The notes beneath the pieces were generated by a model. The model saw nothing but the letters and a program-made list of their open reading frames with translations, did no database searches and was not told the origin of the DNA. Below, piece after piece: positions 48,144 through 60,081 of a stretch of 64,000 bases of DNA. Location: NCBI GenBank assembly GCA_030141605.1, contig JAQGDQ010000667.1, forward strand, positions 52,072 to 116,071, read 5' to 3'. The number at the start of each line of letters is the position of its first letter. Within the stretch, counting starts at the first letter, position 1. Position numbers and translations under genes: made by a program. Source of the DNA: Tubiluchus corallicola. Taxonomy: Eukaryota; Animalia; Priapulida.

Positions 48144-48392
48144 GTAAGCTTCTCTTTTCAAGTTCAAGTTCTCTCGGCAATCGTGAGCACCGAGTTCAAT
48201 TCCCGCATTAATTATTTTACGTTTTTTCTTTTTAGCGTGATGATTATAAGTTTTTCAAGCAGTGGTATGGTCAGAAATCATTAGATGGATGATACTGTAT
48301 TTTGTATAGTTTTGTTCAAAATTATTTTTAAAGTTTAGTAGCTCGTAGCTAAGGTTTGTGGAGGTGTTGCTTCTGACCATTGTTTTAATATT

Positions 48393-48895
48393 CAGGGATG
48401 AGAATGTTCCGCGGATACGCGGAATTCCGAGTTCTTGCAAGACCAGTAGTGCCATTTTTGTATACGCGTAAATTTTTACGCTCCCAGTACATTATTTCAC
48501 AAGCTGACCTCTAGTTGGCAGGCCGTCACTTTGTTTACATCACGTACATCAGTGTAAACCCGTGTATATCTCTCTATATATAAAAATATAGAATCAATTG
48601 TGCAAAGTTATTTGCGTCAATTGCAGACATTTTTTTTATACTTTTGTTTAGGAGCGGCCAGTACTTAGGCGTTTTTGAGACAATTAGGTATCATGTATCC
48701 TTGATAGTTGGGTATTTTAAATTATGCATGAAACAAGGTAATTGATATTTTAAGTCCACTTAGAGGTTCTCAAAATTGCAATTTGTTGCTGGCTCCAAAG
48801 GAGCTTCGCCCCCTTGAACCCTCATGGAAGCCTACGCGGCCCCCAAACCCCCGGTCTGTTTCAGAGTTTTTTGCAATTTGTCATTCTTATCCCTG
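48393..48895 (+). mobile_element. CAGGG-terminated MITE with 6-bp TSD, copy 1
   Basis: CAGGGATGAGAATG...CATTCTTATCCCTG; TSD AATATT; second copy at 58425-58928. Confidence 0.85.
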
Positions 48896-49210
48896 AATAT
48901 TGTGCATTAATATATGCAAAGAAGGGTGCAAGGAAGCCATTTCTTTGGGTGCAAGGAAGCCATGATTAAAATATTAAAATTTTCTGTAAAATATAATAAC
49001 TACGGTAGGCGCCGCTTAATAGACTCACTTGAGCACTGACGTGTTTTGACCCAGTTAACCGACTGAACCTATTAACCGATGCATGTAGTGTTACTGGTAA
49101 AGAAGTATGAGTCATCTTGCTGTGCATTGCAAAGGTTTTTAATGAATTCTAGAAACAAACCAATCCCTAAATTCCTTTGTGCAGTTAGAGATTAGAAAAA
49201 ATATTTTAAA

Positions 49211-49638
49211 ATATTATATTATATTATATTATATTATATTATATTATATTATATTATATTATATTATAATATAATATAATATAATATAATATAATATAAT
49301 ATATTATATTATATTATATTATATTATATTATATTATATTATATTATAATATAATATAATATAATATAATATAATATAATATAATATAATATAATATATT
49401 ATATTATATTATATTATATTATATTATATATTATATTATATTATATTATATTATATTATATTATATTATATTATATTATATTATATTATATTATATTATA
49501 TTATATTATATTATATTATATTATATTATATTATATTATATTATATTATATTATATTATATTATATTATATTATATTATATTATATTATATTATATTATA
49601 TTATATCATATTATATTATATTATATTATATTATATTA
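49211..49638. repeat. (ATATT)n/(AATAT)n pentamer microsatellite with internal inversions
   Basis: Blocks alternate between ATATT and its reverse complement AATAT. Confidence 0.95.
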
Positions 49639-50298
49639 CAAGTGAATTAGTGATAAATTAGAAAGTATACGTTTCTAATCACAGACATTTCTAAGTTAAT
49701 TTGCAAAAATTACCTAAATTCCTTCAAAGTCGGCTGCTTCATTTTCTCGCGAAGAAGTTGACCCACAAAGTTCTCGTAATTATAAAAAACGTTGAAAATC
49801 TGTTGTTGTGCGCGACTAAAACAGTTCTGAATCATATGTTCACTCACATTGCTCTTATTTGCTGTACAATGTTCACTCTTGTAAGTCACAAGGAATACCA
49901 GCTGATTATACTGTACCTGCATCTTTGACTGTTAACTCATTAAACCAACCTGTACAAGGATTCATAAATGTGTACATTGTACAAGTAACACCGTGTTACT
50001 GGAGCTGTGAAGTGCACAGTTTCGTCACGTGTTCTGGTTCTGTACAAGGATTCACAAGTACGTACATACTTTTTCAAATAGTGAAATGTACACTTTTTGC
50101 CGTACTTAAAAATGGAAATTGATATAAAAAATCATGCTGTTTCCCTTTAAATTTCTACATGGAAGCTTAAAGGCTTAACAAGCAGCTATTGTTGCCGTCT
50201 TTTGTAAACTGTTTCAGGGAGGTTTTACTTTTTGGCAGGCACTATTTTAGTTTCTTTAACTGGTCACATTTTTGCCTAATTCGTGTTTTTTTCCTTAG

Positions 50299-50386
50299 GT
50301 CTAATCTTGAAGATAAGTAATAATGGCGGCAGTAGAAGTAAAGATTTTCGTATTGTCAGCAGTGAAGTTTATGGTGCTTATAGTGA
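50299..50386 (+). CDS. PGGHG: PGGHG-like exon 5
   Basis: Strong acceptor TTTTTTTCCTTAG; GLILKISNNGGSRSKDF...; the phase-2 donor GA|GTAAGT is required for frame. Confidence 0.72.
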
Positions 50387-50900
50387 GTAAGTGGTTGTAC
50401 CTGATTTGTCTCAGATATCATCCGCAAAAAATATATCATCCGCAAAAAATATATCATCCGCAAAAAATATGTCATCCGATATGCGCTTATATCTTGGTTT
50501 ACTGGGTTTGCTCGGTTTTATGAATACCAGATTGTTAAAGAGTTTCGCATGCTATGGACACAGTCTGTTGCTTCGCAAGCTGACCGCTAGTTGGTGGTCT
50601 GCCACTTTGTTTACACCATTACATTAGTGTAACCAAGCAGTGTGTAGCAAGTGTGTGTAGCTTGTATTGCAGTGTGTGTAAGTAGGTTAGTCAGCGTGCT
50701 TAAGTGGTTAATCAGCATGCGTAATTACAAAGTTTTTATACGCTTTTGTATAGGAGTGGCCCAAACTAGAAATGTTTGAGACAATTGGGTGATTGATCCT
50801 ACATTACCGTAAGTGTAACACACTGTGCATACTGTATCAGCTTAGTATTGGTAAATACTTACAATGGGAAATTCGGGAAACCGAGATATGAGTATATGCA

Positions 50901-52805
50901 TGTGGAGAATGGCTTTATGTTGCAGGTGGAGAATGGCTTATGATGCAGGTGGAGAATGACTTATGCTACAGGTGGAGAATGGCTTATGATGCAGGTGGAG
51001 AATGGCTTATGCTGCAGGTTGAAGAATGGCTTATGATGCAGGTGGAGAATGGCTGGTGGAGAATGACTCATGCTGCAGGTGGAGAATGGCTTATGCTGCA
51101 GGTGGAGAATGGCTTATGCTACAGGTGGAGAATGGCTTATGCTGCAGGTGGAGAATGGCTTATGCTGCAGGTGGAGAATGGATTATGCTGCAGGTGGAGA
51201 ATGGCGTATGCTGCAGGTGGAGAATGGCTTATGCTACAGGTGGAGAATGGCTCATGCTGCAGGTGGAGAATGGCTCATGCTGCAGGTGGAGAATGGCTTA
51301 TGATGCAGGTGGAGAATGGCTCATGCTGCAGGTGGAGAATGGCTTATGCTACAGGTGGAGAATGGCTTATGTTGCAGGTGGAGAATGACTTAAGCTACAG
51401 GTGGAGAATGGCTTATGCTGCAGGTGGAGAATGGCTTATGCTACAGGTGGAGAATTACTTATGCTGCAGGTGGAGAATGGCTTATGCTGCAGGTGGAGAA
51501 TGGCTTATGCTGCAGGTGGAGAATGGCTTGTGTGGTGGGTGGTGTGGTGGTTGTGTGGTGGTTGTGAGGTGGAGAATGGCATGCTGAGGAATGGCTTATG
51601 CTACAGGTGGAGAGTGGCTCATGCTGCAGGTGGAGAATGGCTCATGCTGCAGGTGGAGAATTACTTATGATGCAGGTGGAGAATAGCTCATGCTGCAGGT
51701 GGAGAATGGCTTATGCTGTAGGTGGAGAATGGCTTTATGCTGCAGGTGGAGAATGGTGAATGCTGCAGGTGGAGAATGGCTTATGCTGCAGGTGGAGAAT
51801 GGCTTATGCTGCAGGTGGAGAATGGCTTATGCTGCAGGTGGAGAATGGCTCATGCTGCAGGTGGAGAATGGCTTATGCTGCAGGTGGAGAATGGCTTATG
51901 CTGCAGGTGGAGAATGGCTTATGTTGCAGGTGGAGAATGGCTTATGTTGCAGGTGGAGAATGGCTTATGCTACAGGTGGAGAATGGCGAATGCTGCAGGT
52001 GGAGAATGGCTCATGATGCAGGTGGAGAATGGCTTATGCTACAGGTGGAGAATGGCTCATGCTACAGGTGGAGAATGGCTTATGCTACAGGTGGAGAATG
52101 GCTCATGATGCAGGTGGAGAATGGCTTATGCTGCAGGTGGAGAATGGCTCATGCTGCAGGTGGAGAATGGCTTATGCTGCAGGTGGAGAATGGCTTATGC
52201 TGCAGGTGGAGAATGGCTTATGCTGCAGGTGGAGAATGGAGAATGCTGCAGGTGGAGAATGGCTCATGATGCAGGTGGAGAATGGCTTATGCTACAGGTG
52301 GAGAATGGCTCATGCTACAGGTGGAGAATGGCTCATACTACAGGTGGAGAATGGCTCATGATGCAGGTGGAGAATGGCGAATGCTGCAGGTGGAGAATGG
52401 CGAATGCTACAGGTGGAGAATGGCTCATGCTGCAGGTGGAGAATGGCTCATGCTACAGGTGGAGAATGGCTTATGCTGCAGGTGGAGAATGGCTTATGCT
52501 GCAGGTGGAGAATGGCTTATGCTACAGGTGGAGAATGGCTTATGCTGCAGGTGGAGAATGGCTTATGCTGCAGGTGGAGAATGGCTCATGCTGCAGGTGG
52601 AGATTGGCTCATGCTGCAGGTGGAGAATGGCTTATGCTACAGGTGGAGAATGGCTTATGCTACAGGTGGAGAATGGCTCATGCTACAGGTGGAGAATGGC
52701 TCATGATGCAGGTGGAGAATGGCGAATGCTGCAGGTGGAGAATGGCGAATGCTGCAGGTGGAGAATGGATTGTGCTGCAGGTGCAGAATGGCTTATGCTG
52801 CAGGT
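50901..52805. repeat. 23-bp minisatellite, ~80 copies
   Basis: Unit GGTGGAGAATGGCT(T/C)ATGCT(G/A)CA. Confidence 0.98.
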
Positions 52806-52807
52806 GA

Positions 52808-53089
52808 GTATTGATTAGTAACAGTAATGACTGATTACTGGTTAGTTACAGTAATGATTGATTATTGGCTAGTAACAGTAATGATTGATTATTGGCTAGT
52901 AACAGTAATGATTGATTATTGATTAGTAACAGTAATGATTGATTATTGGTTAGTAACAGTAATGATTGATTATTGGTTAGTAACAGTAATGATTGATTAT
53001 TGGCTAGTAACAGTAATGATTGATTATTGGTTAGTAACAGTAATGATTCATTATTGATTAGTAACAATAATGATTGATTATTCGTTTAG
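52808..53089. repeat. 27-bp minisatellite (~10 copies) ending in the exon 6 acceptor
   Basis: Unit TAGTAACAGTAATGATTGATTATTGG(T/C). Confidence 0.93.
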
Positions 53090-53253
53090 AGCTCAATATA
53101 TTCATATGAGAACCAAAACTCCGGAGTCAAAGAACGCAACGCTAACTCATATTCACATGTACTACGATGAAGTCCCTACTATGATTCCACTAGCCAAGGG
53201 TGACCAGTCTTGGACGTGGGTCACTTCCATTTATGTTAATCAAGAGGATGCAA
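53090..53253 (+). CDS. PGGHG: PGGHG-like exon 6
   Basis: AQYIHMRTKTPE...HIHMYYDEVP...WTWVTSI; donor A|GTAAGC. Confidence 0.85.
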
Positions 53254-53611
53254 GTAAGCAATGAAATTTATGCTTAAATATAAAGTGACTTACTATAACA
53301 GAAGTAGTTATATATTTTTAATTGTAGGTGAAAATATATTGTAATATATAGAGAAAAAATATCAGTTATATTTGAAGAAAAAGCTTATATATATAAAAGA
53401 TGGCTGAATGTTTCCCTTTTCCGTTTTTCTACCTGCTGATTATGGAAATAATGCTGTGAAAGTCATTTTTGAAGTTGTTGATCTCTCACTTTGTTATGAT
53501 TGAGTTTAGGCGCAGAAGTATGAACAAGAATAAAAAATCTATAATACATATTTGCACTGCACACAATAGAAAAGTGTTTATTGAAACTACAGACACATGA
53601 GTAGCATGACT

Positions 53612-53833
53612 GCTGCACTGAACACTGAGAGAGAGAGTGAGAGAGAGAGTCTCCTGCACTGAACACTGAGAGTGAGAGTGAGAGTGAGAGAGAGAGTCTC
53701 CTGCACTGAACACTGAGAGTGAGAGTGAGAGTGAGAGAGAGAGTCTCCTGCACTGAACACTGAGAGTGAGAGTGAGAGTGAGAGTGAGAGAGAGAGTCTC
53801 CTGCACTGAACACTGAGAGTTAGAGTGAGAGAG
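53612..53833. repeat. Compound ~50-bp repeat with (GAGAGT)n
   Basis: CTGCACTGAACACT(GAGAGT)n(GA)nGTCTC, about 5 copies. Confidence 0.9.
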
Positions 53834-54695
53834 CGACTAGAAAGTAAAACCAATCAGTATATATGGGTATAGGTGACCTATGCAGACTTGCACAAGCTTC
53901 ACAACAACCATTACTTTAAGATAGGGAGAGAACCAGTAAATATGCATTCACTGGACCATACAATTATACTGGGGGTAAGTCAGCTGGTAGAATGTAACAG
54001 GAGTAGCCCATAGATGGCAGCACCTAATTATAATGTACAATTCCAACTTCCACATCTGCGTAAATTTGTTTTCTGGAAAAATATGTGATATGACTTTGTG
54101 TGAGGAAGCTTTGTTTAAAGGATATGAAAAGGGGTGTTTGAAGTAGGTTTCAGAAAAATTGTATTAAAAACTATATTACTTTATAGCAATTTTATGCATA
54201 TATCGTACTCACGTTAAGAGGATTTTTTGATTGTTTTGATTTTAAATCTCTTGCAGTACTGTTTTAACAGTGCCAATGCGTGATGTGTTTAAGAAATTTG
54301 TGTTGAAATTTTATACCACTTATATACTTCCTCTTTGTGTGCAGGGTTTGCTTCTGTAGTAATGCTGTATAAAACTTGTAAATTTAAACTCCTACGATGA
54401 GCGTTAGGTGCAGCCATTTTAATGGTAGGTCGCTTGAAATAAGTCTGGATAACATTGTGTAAACTTTGAAAAAATAATCAGAGCATTAATAGCGCACACG
54501 TTACTAAGTAAAGTAAAATTTTATATGACTGTATCTTGGCAATAAGGTTAAAAATACGTTTTTGGTTAGTGAGTGGCTCACCCTGGACGCCAATTGGCAC
54601 AAACATTTAAATGAATATTTCTAGTTAAACAAGTATTTCCAGCAGCTAAGCGAGATGCTAAACCTATAAAGAGTAATGATTATTTCTTTGCATAG

Positions 54696-54782
54696 GGCAA
54701 GCTTATGATTTTGCTCATTCCATCTCCGAAGCTGAGCTGCTGCAGCGTCACGTTGCTGCCTGGAAGAAAATTTGGGATTCAG
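54696..54782 (+). CDS. PGGHG: PGGHG-like exon 7
   Basis: ELLQRHVAAWKKIWDSG, the GH65 H-x-x-AW-x-x-x-W helix. Confidence 0.88.
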
Positions 54783-55899
54783 GTATTTCATTTAAGGAAT
54801 GCAGGATGGTTTTTCACGTAGTGGCGCAAGTCCGATAAAAAGTTTACATTTTATTACAATTAATACTGCAAAAGCGTTTCTGATAACTGAATAATAGATT
54901 AGAAGCAGGCGAGCCCAACTATTGACGACATCACAAACGAACAATTTTCAACAGCAAAAATATTCCACGAGCGTGTTGCGCGTGTTTGTGGAAGAGTGGA
55001 TTGCAACTGTGAGGTATTCAGTGTGTTGTACCACTATGTTCATTGCTCACGCATGTGCTATCGAACGTGCGCAGTTCGTAACTAATACATGTGAACTGAG
55101 AGGTGCAGCGCCTGTTTTTTGTGCAATGCATTTTTGAAATACAGGCTCTAGTGCCCATTTAACTACCGAATGGCAAAGTGCATGGAACCACGAAGAACTA
55201 GTGGAATGAACGCGATATTTGCATTTGTGTGGTAATAATTCTTTTACTCTCATCATTTTTCAAAAAAATAGTGTGTTTCCTTTAACTATGTTTGAGAGTG
55301 GATTGTAATTTATGAATAACATCAGCCGTTTCCATTTTTGTGGCTATTTATTTATTTCAGCATGTTTATCAGTGCAGTTTAACTGCTAGTTGTGCAGCAT
55401 CTGTAATGTTTAACCGTTTGTGGTGCATTACGGCAGAAGGATGTTTGTTCTCACATGTTGTGGTGTGTAAAATATTATCTGTGCTATTCGTTCTACTTTT
55501 TGCAAATGTTTAGCTTTCATCATGCACCATGCATCATTTGCTTCAATAAAAACCACGCTGCAAGCTTTGCGTGTGTCATACACGTGAAATTACTTTTCAT
55601 ATGCGCAAAGCACAAGAAAACACCTTTCTAAACTGAAGCTTAAAATATCCGTCTTGAAATTTTATATCCGTTTTTTGTTAGTCTTATTGCACATAGAGCT
55701 TGTGTTAGCTGTAACGCTGTGTTAAACAATTTTTAACTCCCTAGAGGACCATTAGGTGCATCCGTTTTATTATTAAGTTATTTGAAACAAGTTTAGATAA
55801 CACTGCATAAAATATGACAAAATCGTCGGGGCATTCGTTGCACACTCTTCATCAATGAAACAAAAGCGTCAATTACTTTATATTGTCAGTAAGATCAAT

Positions 55900-56575
55900 A
55901 ATGTGTTAGATTTAGATATTAGATTTAATAGATTTATTTCGCAATAAACATATACATATACATTACGTGTGCATCGGTAAACAGTTTTTGTTATTACAAA
56001 AATGTGATACAATTCATGAATTCTGGTATGGTAGCTAGCTTATGGTAGGCCACTAGAATTAGTTACGAAAAAAATTACAATATATACAGATACAATATTA
56101 CAATATATACAGATACAATATTACAATATATACAAATATAAATACGGGTGGGAAGTAATAAAAATATTATTATACTAGAGGGGAAGTTTTTGAAAATGAA
56201 AAACAACAAATCATGATTGAGTGATCAGTTATATGTTTCAAGTAAGTTTAATTTATAATTTTTTTTTAAATATGAACAGCGAGTTGGCATTTTTAATAGC
56301 TGGAGCAATTGAATTCCATATGTAAGGACCATTGTATTTAATAGAAAATTTTCTAACATTAGTGTTGCACTGTATGTAGTGATAGTTAAGTCTATAACGT
56401 GTGCCGTAATTATGTATCTCAGCATTCAAACAAAGATAATCAGTAAATAAGGGAGGCAATAATTTATGAGAGAATTTGTGCATGAAAATGGCAGTTTGGA
56501 ACTCATTAATGTCATTAATGTTTAGAAAGTTTAGTCTTTTAAATATTGGTGGTGTATGGTCCTGATAACCGGCAA
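55900..56575 (-). mobile_element. LINE (CR1/L2/Crack-group) 3' fragment
   Basis: Minus-strand peptide FMHKFSHKLLPPLF...HNYGTR...FSIKYNGPYIWNSI...SLFIFKKKL, typical of the ORF2 C-terminus. Boundaries approximate. Confidence 0.7.
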
Positions 56576-57327
56576 ATCATTGGTGAACCAGTGGTGCACA
56601 CTGGGATGGTGATAGAGTGACGTTTTACCAGGTTGCACGAATATTTTAATTTACTAAGAATTTTCTTTTGTAGTTACATAAGTCTTTCAAACAGTAAATG
56701 TAAAAGTAATATAGTATGTAATGTAGTATGGAATTTTTTTTGGGGTATTTAAAGTTATTTGAAGTCTTCCATTTTGAAGTCAAACTAAATCCCTACTATA
56801 TATTATAAACTTTTACAACTTAAAATCCAACTCTCATTACGAATATTTATTTGCTTATAAAAATTTACTGTAAAACTTGTTTCTTATCAGTGATTTTTTA
56901 TTACTTCGTTGTTAGCATAGCTTCGGTATTAAATTTGAAAAACCGCCATTTTTCGTTGTACGAGACGAATGACGTTATGAGTGCAGTCGCGAGTTCACCA
57001 AAGATCGGTAAACAAACTTCGGTAAACAAAGACGCTTCTGTGCCTCGTACGTCATTCTTGCTCACTCTCGCCGACGATGTGAAACATGGCGATAGTTACA
57101 GCATTCTAAATTTGTCATTAAAAGGTAAGTTATTTAAATTACAAGTCTCTTTTGTTAATAATAACATTGAAATATTTACTTAATCATAGTAATGCGTTAA
57201 GAAACTTCATTGTCTGTTGCTACGTAGGTCTTTAAGCTGAAAATTTTACTAGTGGAATTTATTGAAAATGCAATGCGTCTCTGCAGAAAACAATTCTTAT
57301 ACATTGTCATGTTATTATTTCTTGCAG

Positions 57328-57479
57328 GTTGTCTTCAGGTCAAGGGCAATAGAGATCTTGCACAAGCTATCTACGGCAGTTATTACTACTTGTATAGTTC
57401 TCTTCCGACACGTGAGGACCCCAAGTGGCAATTTTTTGGACTAAGTCCCGGTGGTCTCTCGCACGGTGAATATCGTAAG
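57328..57479 (+). CDS. PGGHG: PGGHG-like exon 8
   Basis: AIYGSYYYLYSSLP...FFGLSPGGLSHG; donor AAG|GTGAGT. Confidence 0.93.
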
Positions 57480-57920
57480 GTGAGTTTCCTGGCGCGATGG
57501 TTAAGTTTAATTTTTCGCTGCAGAATAAAAAGGCAAAAAGACGAGTATTGATTTGTTATTTTGGCTGATTTTCTAGCAGTGGAAATGGTATAAAGTGTGG
57601 AAATGATCGCCAATAAACAATATGACAGTGGTGTAGCAACGGCTTTGATTGCGCTACGTGGAAGTCAAATTCTTCCATCTGTTCTTGAATCATAACACGC
57701 CTTTGACCGCTACAAACACACGTATATGTTAGTGGTGTAGCAAGGGATTTGACCGCCCTACGCAGAAGTCAAATTCCTCCACCCGTTCTTGAATCATAAC
57801 AGTACGGTCCGCACACTCCTCGCTTTGTCACTGAAGCCACTTGGAAAATGTGTCGCTTTGTGGTGCAATTTTTTTGTTATAGTTTAGAATATCCCTGCTG
57901 TTCTTATGTCTGAAATGTCT

Positions 57921-58200
57921 GTTGTGTACTGGTATTTTTTCATTATTTATTTTCTTGTGTGCTGATATCTTCTGATGATCTATTGTCTACTCGTAAACTG
58001 GTATCTTCTGATGATCTATTGTCTACTCGTGTGCTGGTATCTTTTCATTATTTATTTTCTTGTGTGCTGGTATCTTCTGATGATCTATTGTCTACTCGTG
58101 TGCTGGTATCTTTTCATTATTTATTTTCTTGTGTGCTGGTATCTTCTGATGATCTATTGTCTACTCGTATGCTGGTATCTTCTGATTATTTATTTTCTAG
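57921..58200. repeat. 33-34-bp tandem repeat (~8 copies) ending in the exon 9 acceptor
   Basis: Two interleaved variants of GTGCTGGTATCTT(C/T)T(G/C)AT(G/T)AT(C/T)TATT(G/T)TCT. Confidence 0.9.
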
Positions 58201-58384
58201 GACTACATGGGACATGTTTTCTGGGATCAGGAAACCTGGATGTTGCCCCCAATTTTACTCCTGCAGCCGGAAATGGCTCGCCTGCAGCTGCAGACACGAA
58301 TTCATCATCTAAATGGGGCACTGGAGAAGGCAAAGAATTTCACTTGGTCAGGAGCGATGTATCCTTGGGAAAGTTCCTTTACTG
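58201..58384 (+). CDS. PGGHG: PGGHG-like exon 9
   Basis: DYMGHVFWDQETW...GAMYPWESSFTG, hallmark GH65 motifs. Confidence 0.95.
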
Positions 58385-58424
58385 GTATGAATGACAAGCT
58401 AATGCTTGATTACATGTAGGTCTT

Positions 58425-58928
58425 CAGGGATGAATAAAATTCGGAGTTTTTGGAAGACCAGTAGTGCCATTTTTGTAAATCACGTAAATTCGTTGAGAAA
58501 ATGTTTACGGACCCAGTACATTATTTCACAAACTGACCGCTAGTTGGCAGGCCGTCACTTTGTTTACATCACATACATCAGTGTAACCACGTGTATATCT
58601 CTATGTATAAAAATATAGAATCAATTGTGCAAAGTTATTTGAGTCAATTGCAGACAGTTTTTATATACTTTTGCATAGGAGCGGCCAGTACTTAGGCGTT
58701 TTTGAGACAATTAGGTATCATGTATCCTTGATAGTTGGGTATTTTAAATTATGCATGAAATAAGGTAATTGACATTTTAAGTCCACTTAGAGGCTCTCTA
58801 TGGTCACAAAATTGCAATTTGTTGCTGGCTGCAACGGGGGCTTTGGCCCCTTGAACCTCCATGGGTACGCGGCCCTCAAACCCCCAGCCAGTTTCAGAGT
58901 TTTTTGCAATTTGTCGTTCTCATCCCTG
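58425..58928 (+). mobile_element. CAGGG-terminated MITE with 6-bp TSD, copy 2
   Basis: CAGGGATGAA...TTCTCATCCCTG; TSD GGTCTT. Confidence 0.85.
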
Positions 58929-59135
58929 GGTCTTGTGAATTGTCATTATGTTGTAGTACAGAATAACATTGTTATAATGAACATGGCTTTATTGTGTACA
59001 TATTTGACTACAGCCCTGTGTGGCCCCACTACATGTATTTATTCTATAGTTCAACTTTGACAGGCAAATCTCCATCCTGGACGCTGCAAAAAGGCTGTTG
59101 CATATGCAGCATAGCAGCGTGTTGAAAGTTCGTTT

Positions 59136-59715
59136 TGTCTACTACCTGAGAACTTTGGGCCCACCAAAATCATTTCCAGTAGGACCCGCACTAGAAGCCG
59201 GCCCTGTCTACTACCTGAGAACTTTGGGCCCACCAGAATTATTTCCAGTAGGACCCGCACTAGAAGACGGCCCTGTCTACTAGCTGAGAACTTTGGGCCC
59301 ACCAAAATCATTTCCAGTAGGACCCGCACTAGAAGACGGCCCTGTCTACTACCTGAGAACTTTGGGCCCACCAGAATTATTTCCAGTAGGACCTGCACCT
59401 GAAGAGGGCCCTGTCTACTAGCTGAGAACTTTGGGCCCACCAAAATTATTTCCAGTAGGACCCGCACGTGAAAACTTTGGGCCCACCAGAATCACTTCCA
59501 GTAGGACCCGCACTTGAAGACGGCCCTGTCTACTAGCTGAGAACTTTGGGCCCACCAAAATCATTTCCAGTAGGACCCGCACGTGAAAACTTTGATCCCA
59601 CCAGAATTATTTCCAGTAGGACCCGCACTAGAAGACGGCCCTGTCTACTGCCTGAGAACTTTGGGCCCACCAAAATTATTTCAAGTAGGACCCGCATCTC
59701 GTAAGGCGGGCCTTG
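59136..59715. repeat. 69-bp minisatellite, ~9 copies
   Basis: Unit TGTCTACTACCTGAGAACTTTGGGCCCACCAAAATCATTTCCAGTAGGACCCGCACTAGAAGACGGCCC. Confidence 0.93.
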
Positions 59716-59757
59716 TTTACTAATCCATCATTTCTAACAGAAACTGTATTATTTTAG

Positions 59758-59955
59758 GCAATGACGTCTGTCCATGGGACCCAGCGGTCAAACATGAACA
59801 GCACGTCAACGGAGATATTGCATTTGCATTCTGGCAGTATTTAACAATGACCAATGACACAGCATTTAGGCGCTCTGCGGAGCCGGTGCTGACACAGATT
59901 GCAACATTTTGGGAAAGTCGTGCATCTTGGGACGGAAAGGAGTACAATATTTATG
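59758..59955 (+). CDS. PGGHG: PGGHG-like exon 10
   Basis: DVCP...EQHVNGDIAFAFWQY...IATFWESR. Confidence 0.95.
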
Positions 59956-60081
59956 GTTTGTGTGAATTAATTTTAATGTTTGTCCATAATGGCTTTATTT
60001 AATTATAATTTCTTTCGCATACGTGTCATTTTTGTCATAAAGTTTGGAAAGTGTTATAAAACTCGGTTCTTATTTTGACTA

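Noticed and set aside
50383-50388. Alternative donor A|GTGAGT for PGGHG exon 5
   Set aside because: It would be phase 1 and incompatible with the phase-2 start of exon 6; the overlapping GA|GTAAGT 4 nt downstream keeps the frame.
50940-52818. Many ORFs with MLQVENGLCCRWRMAYAAGGEWL repeats
   Set aside because: Translations of the 23-bp satellite in all three frames; PGGHG exons 5 and 6 join in frame without them.
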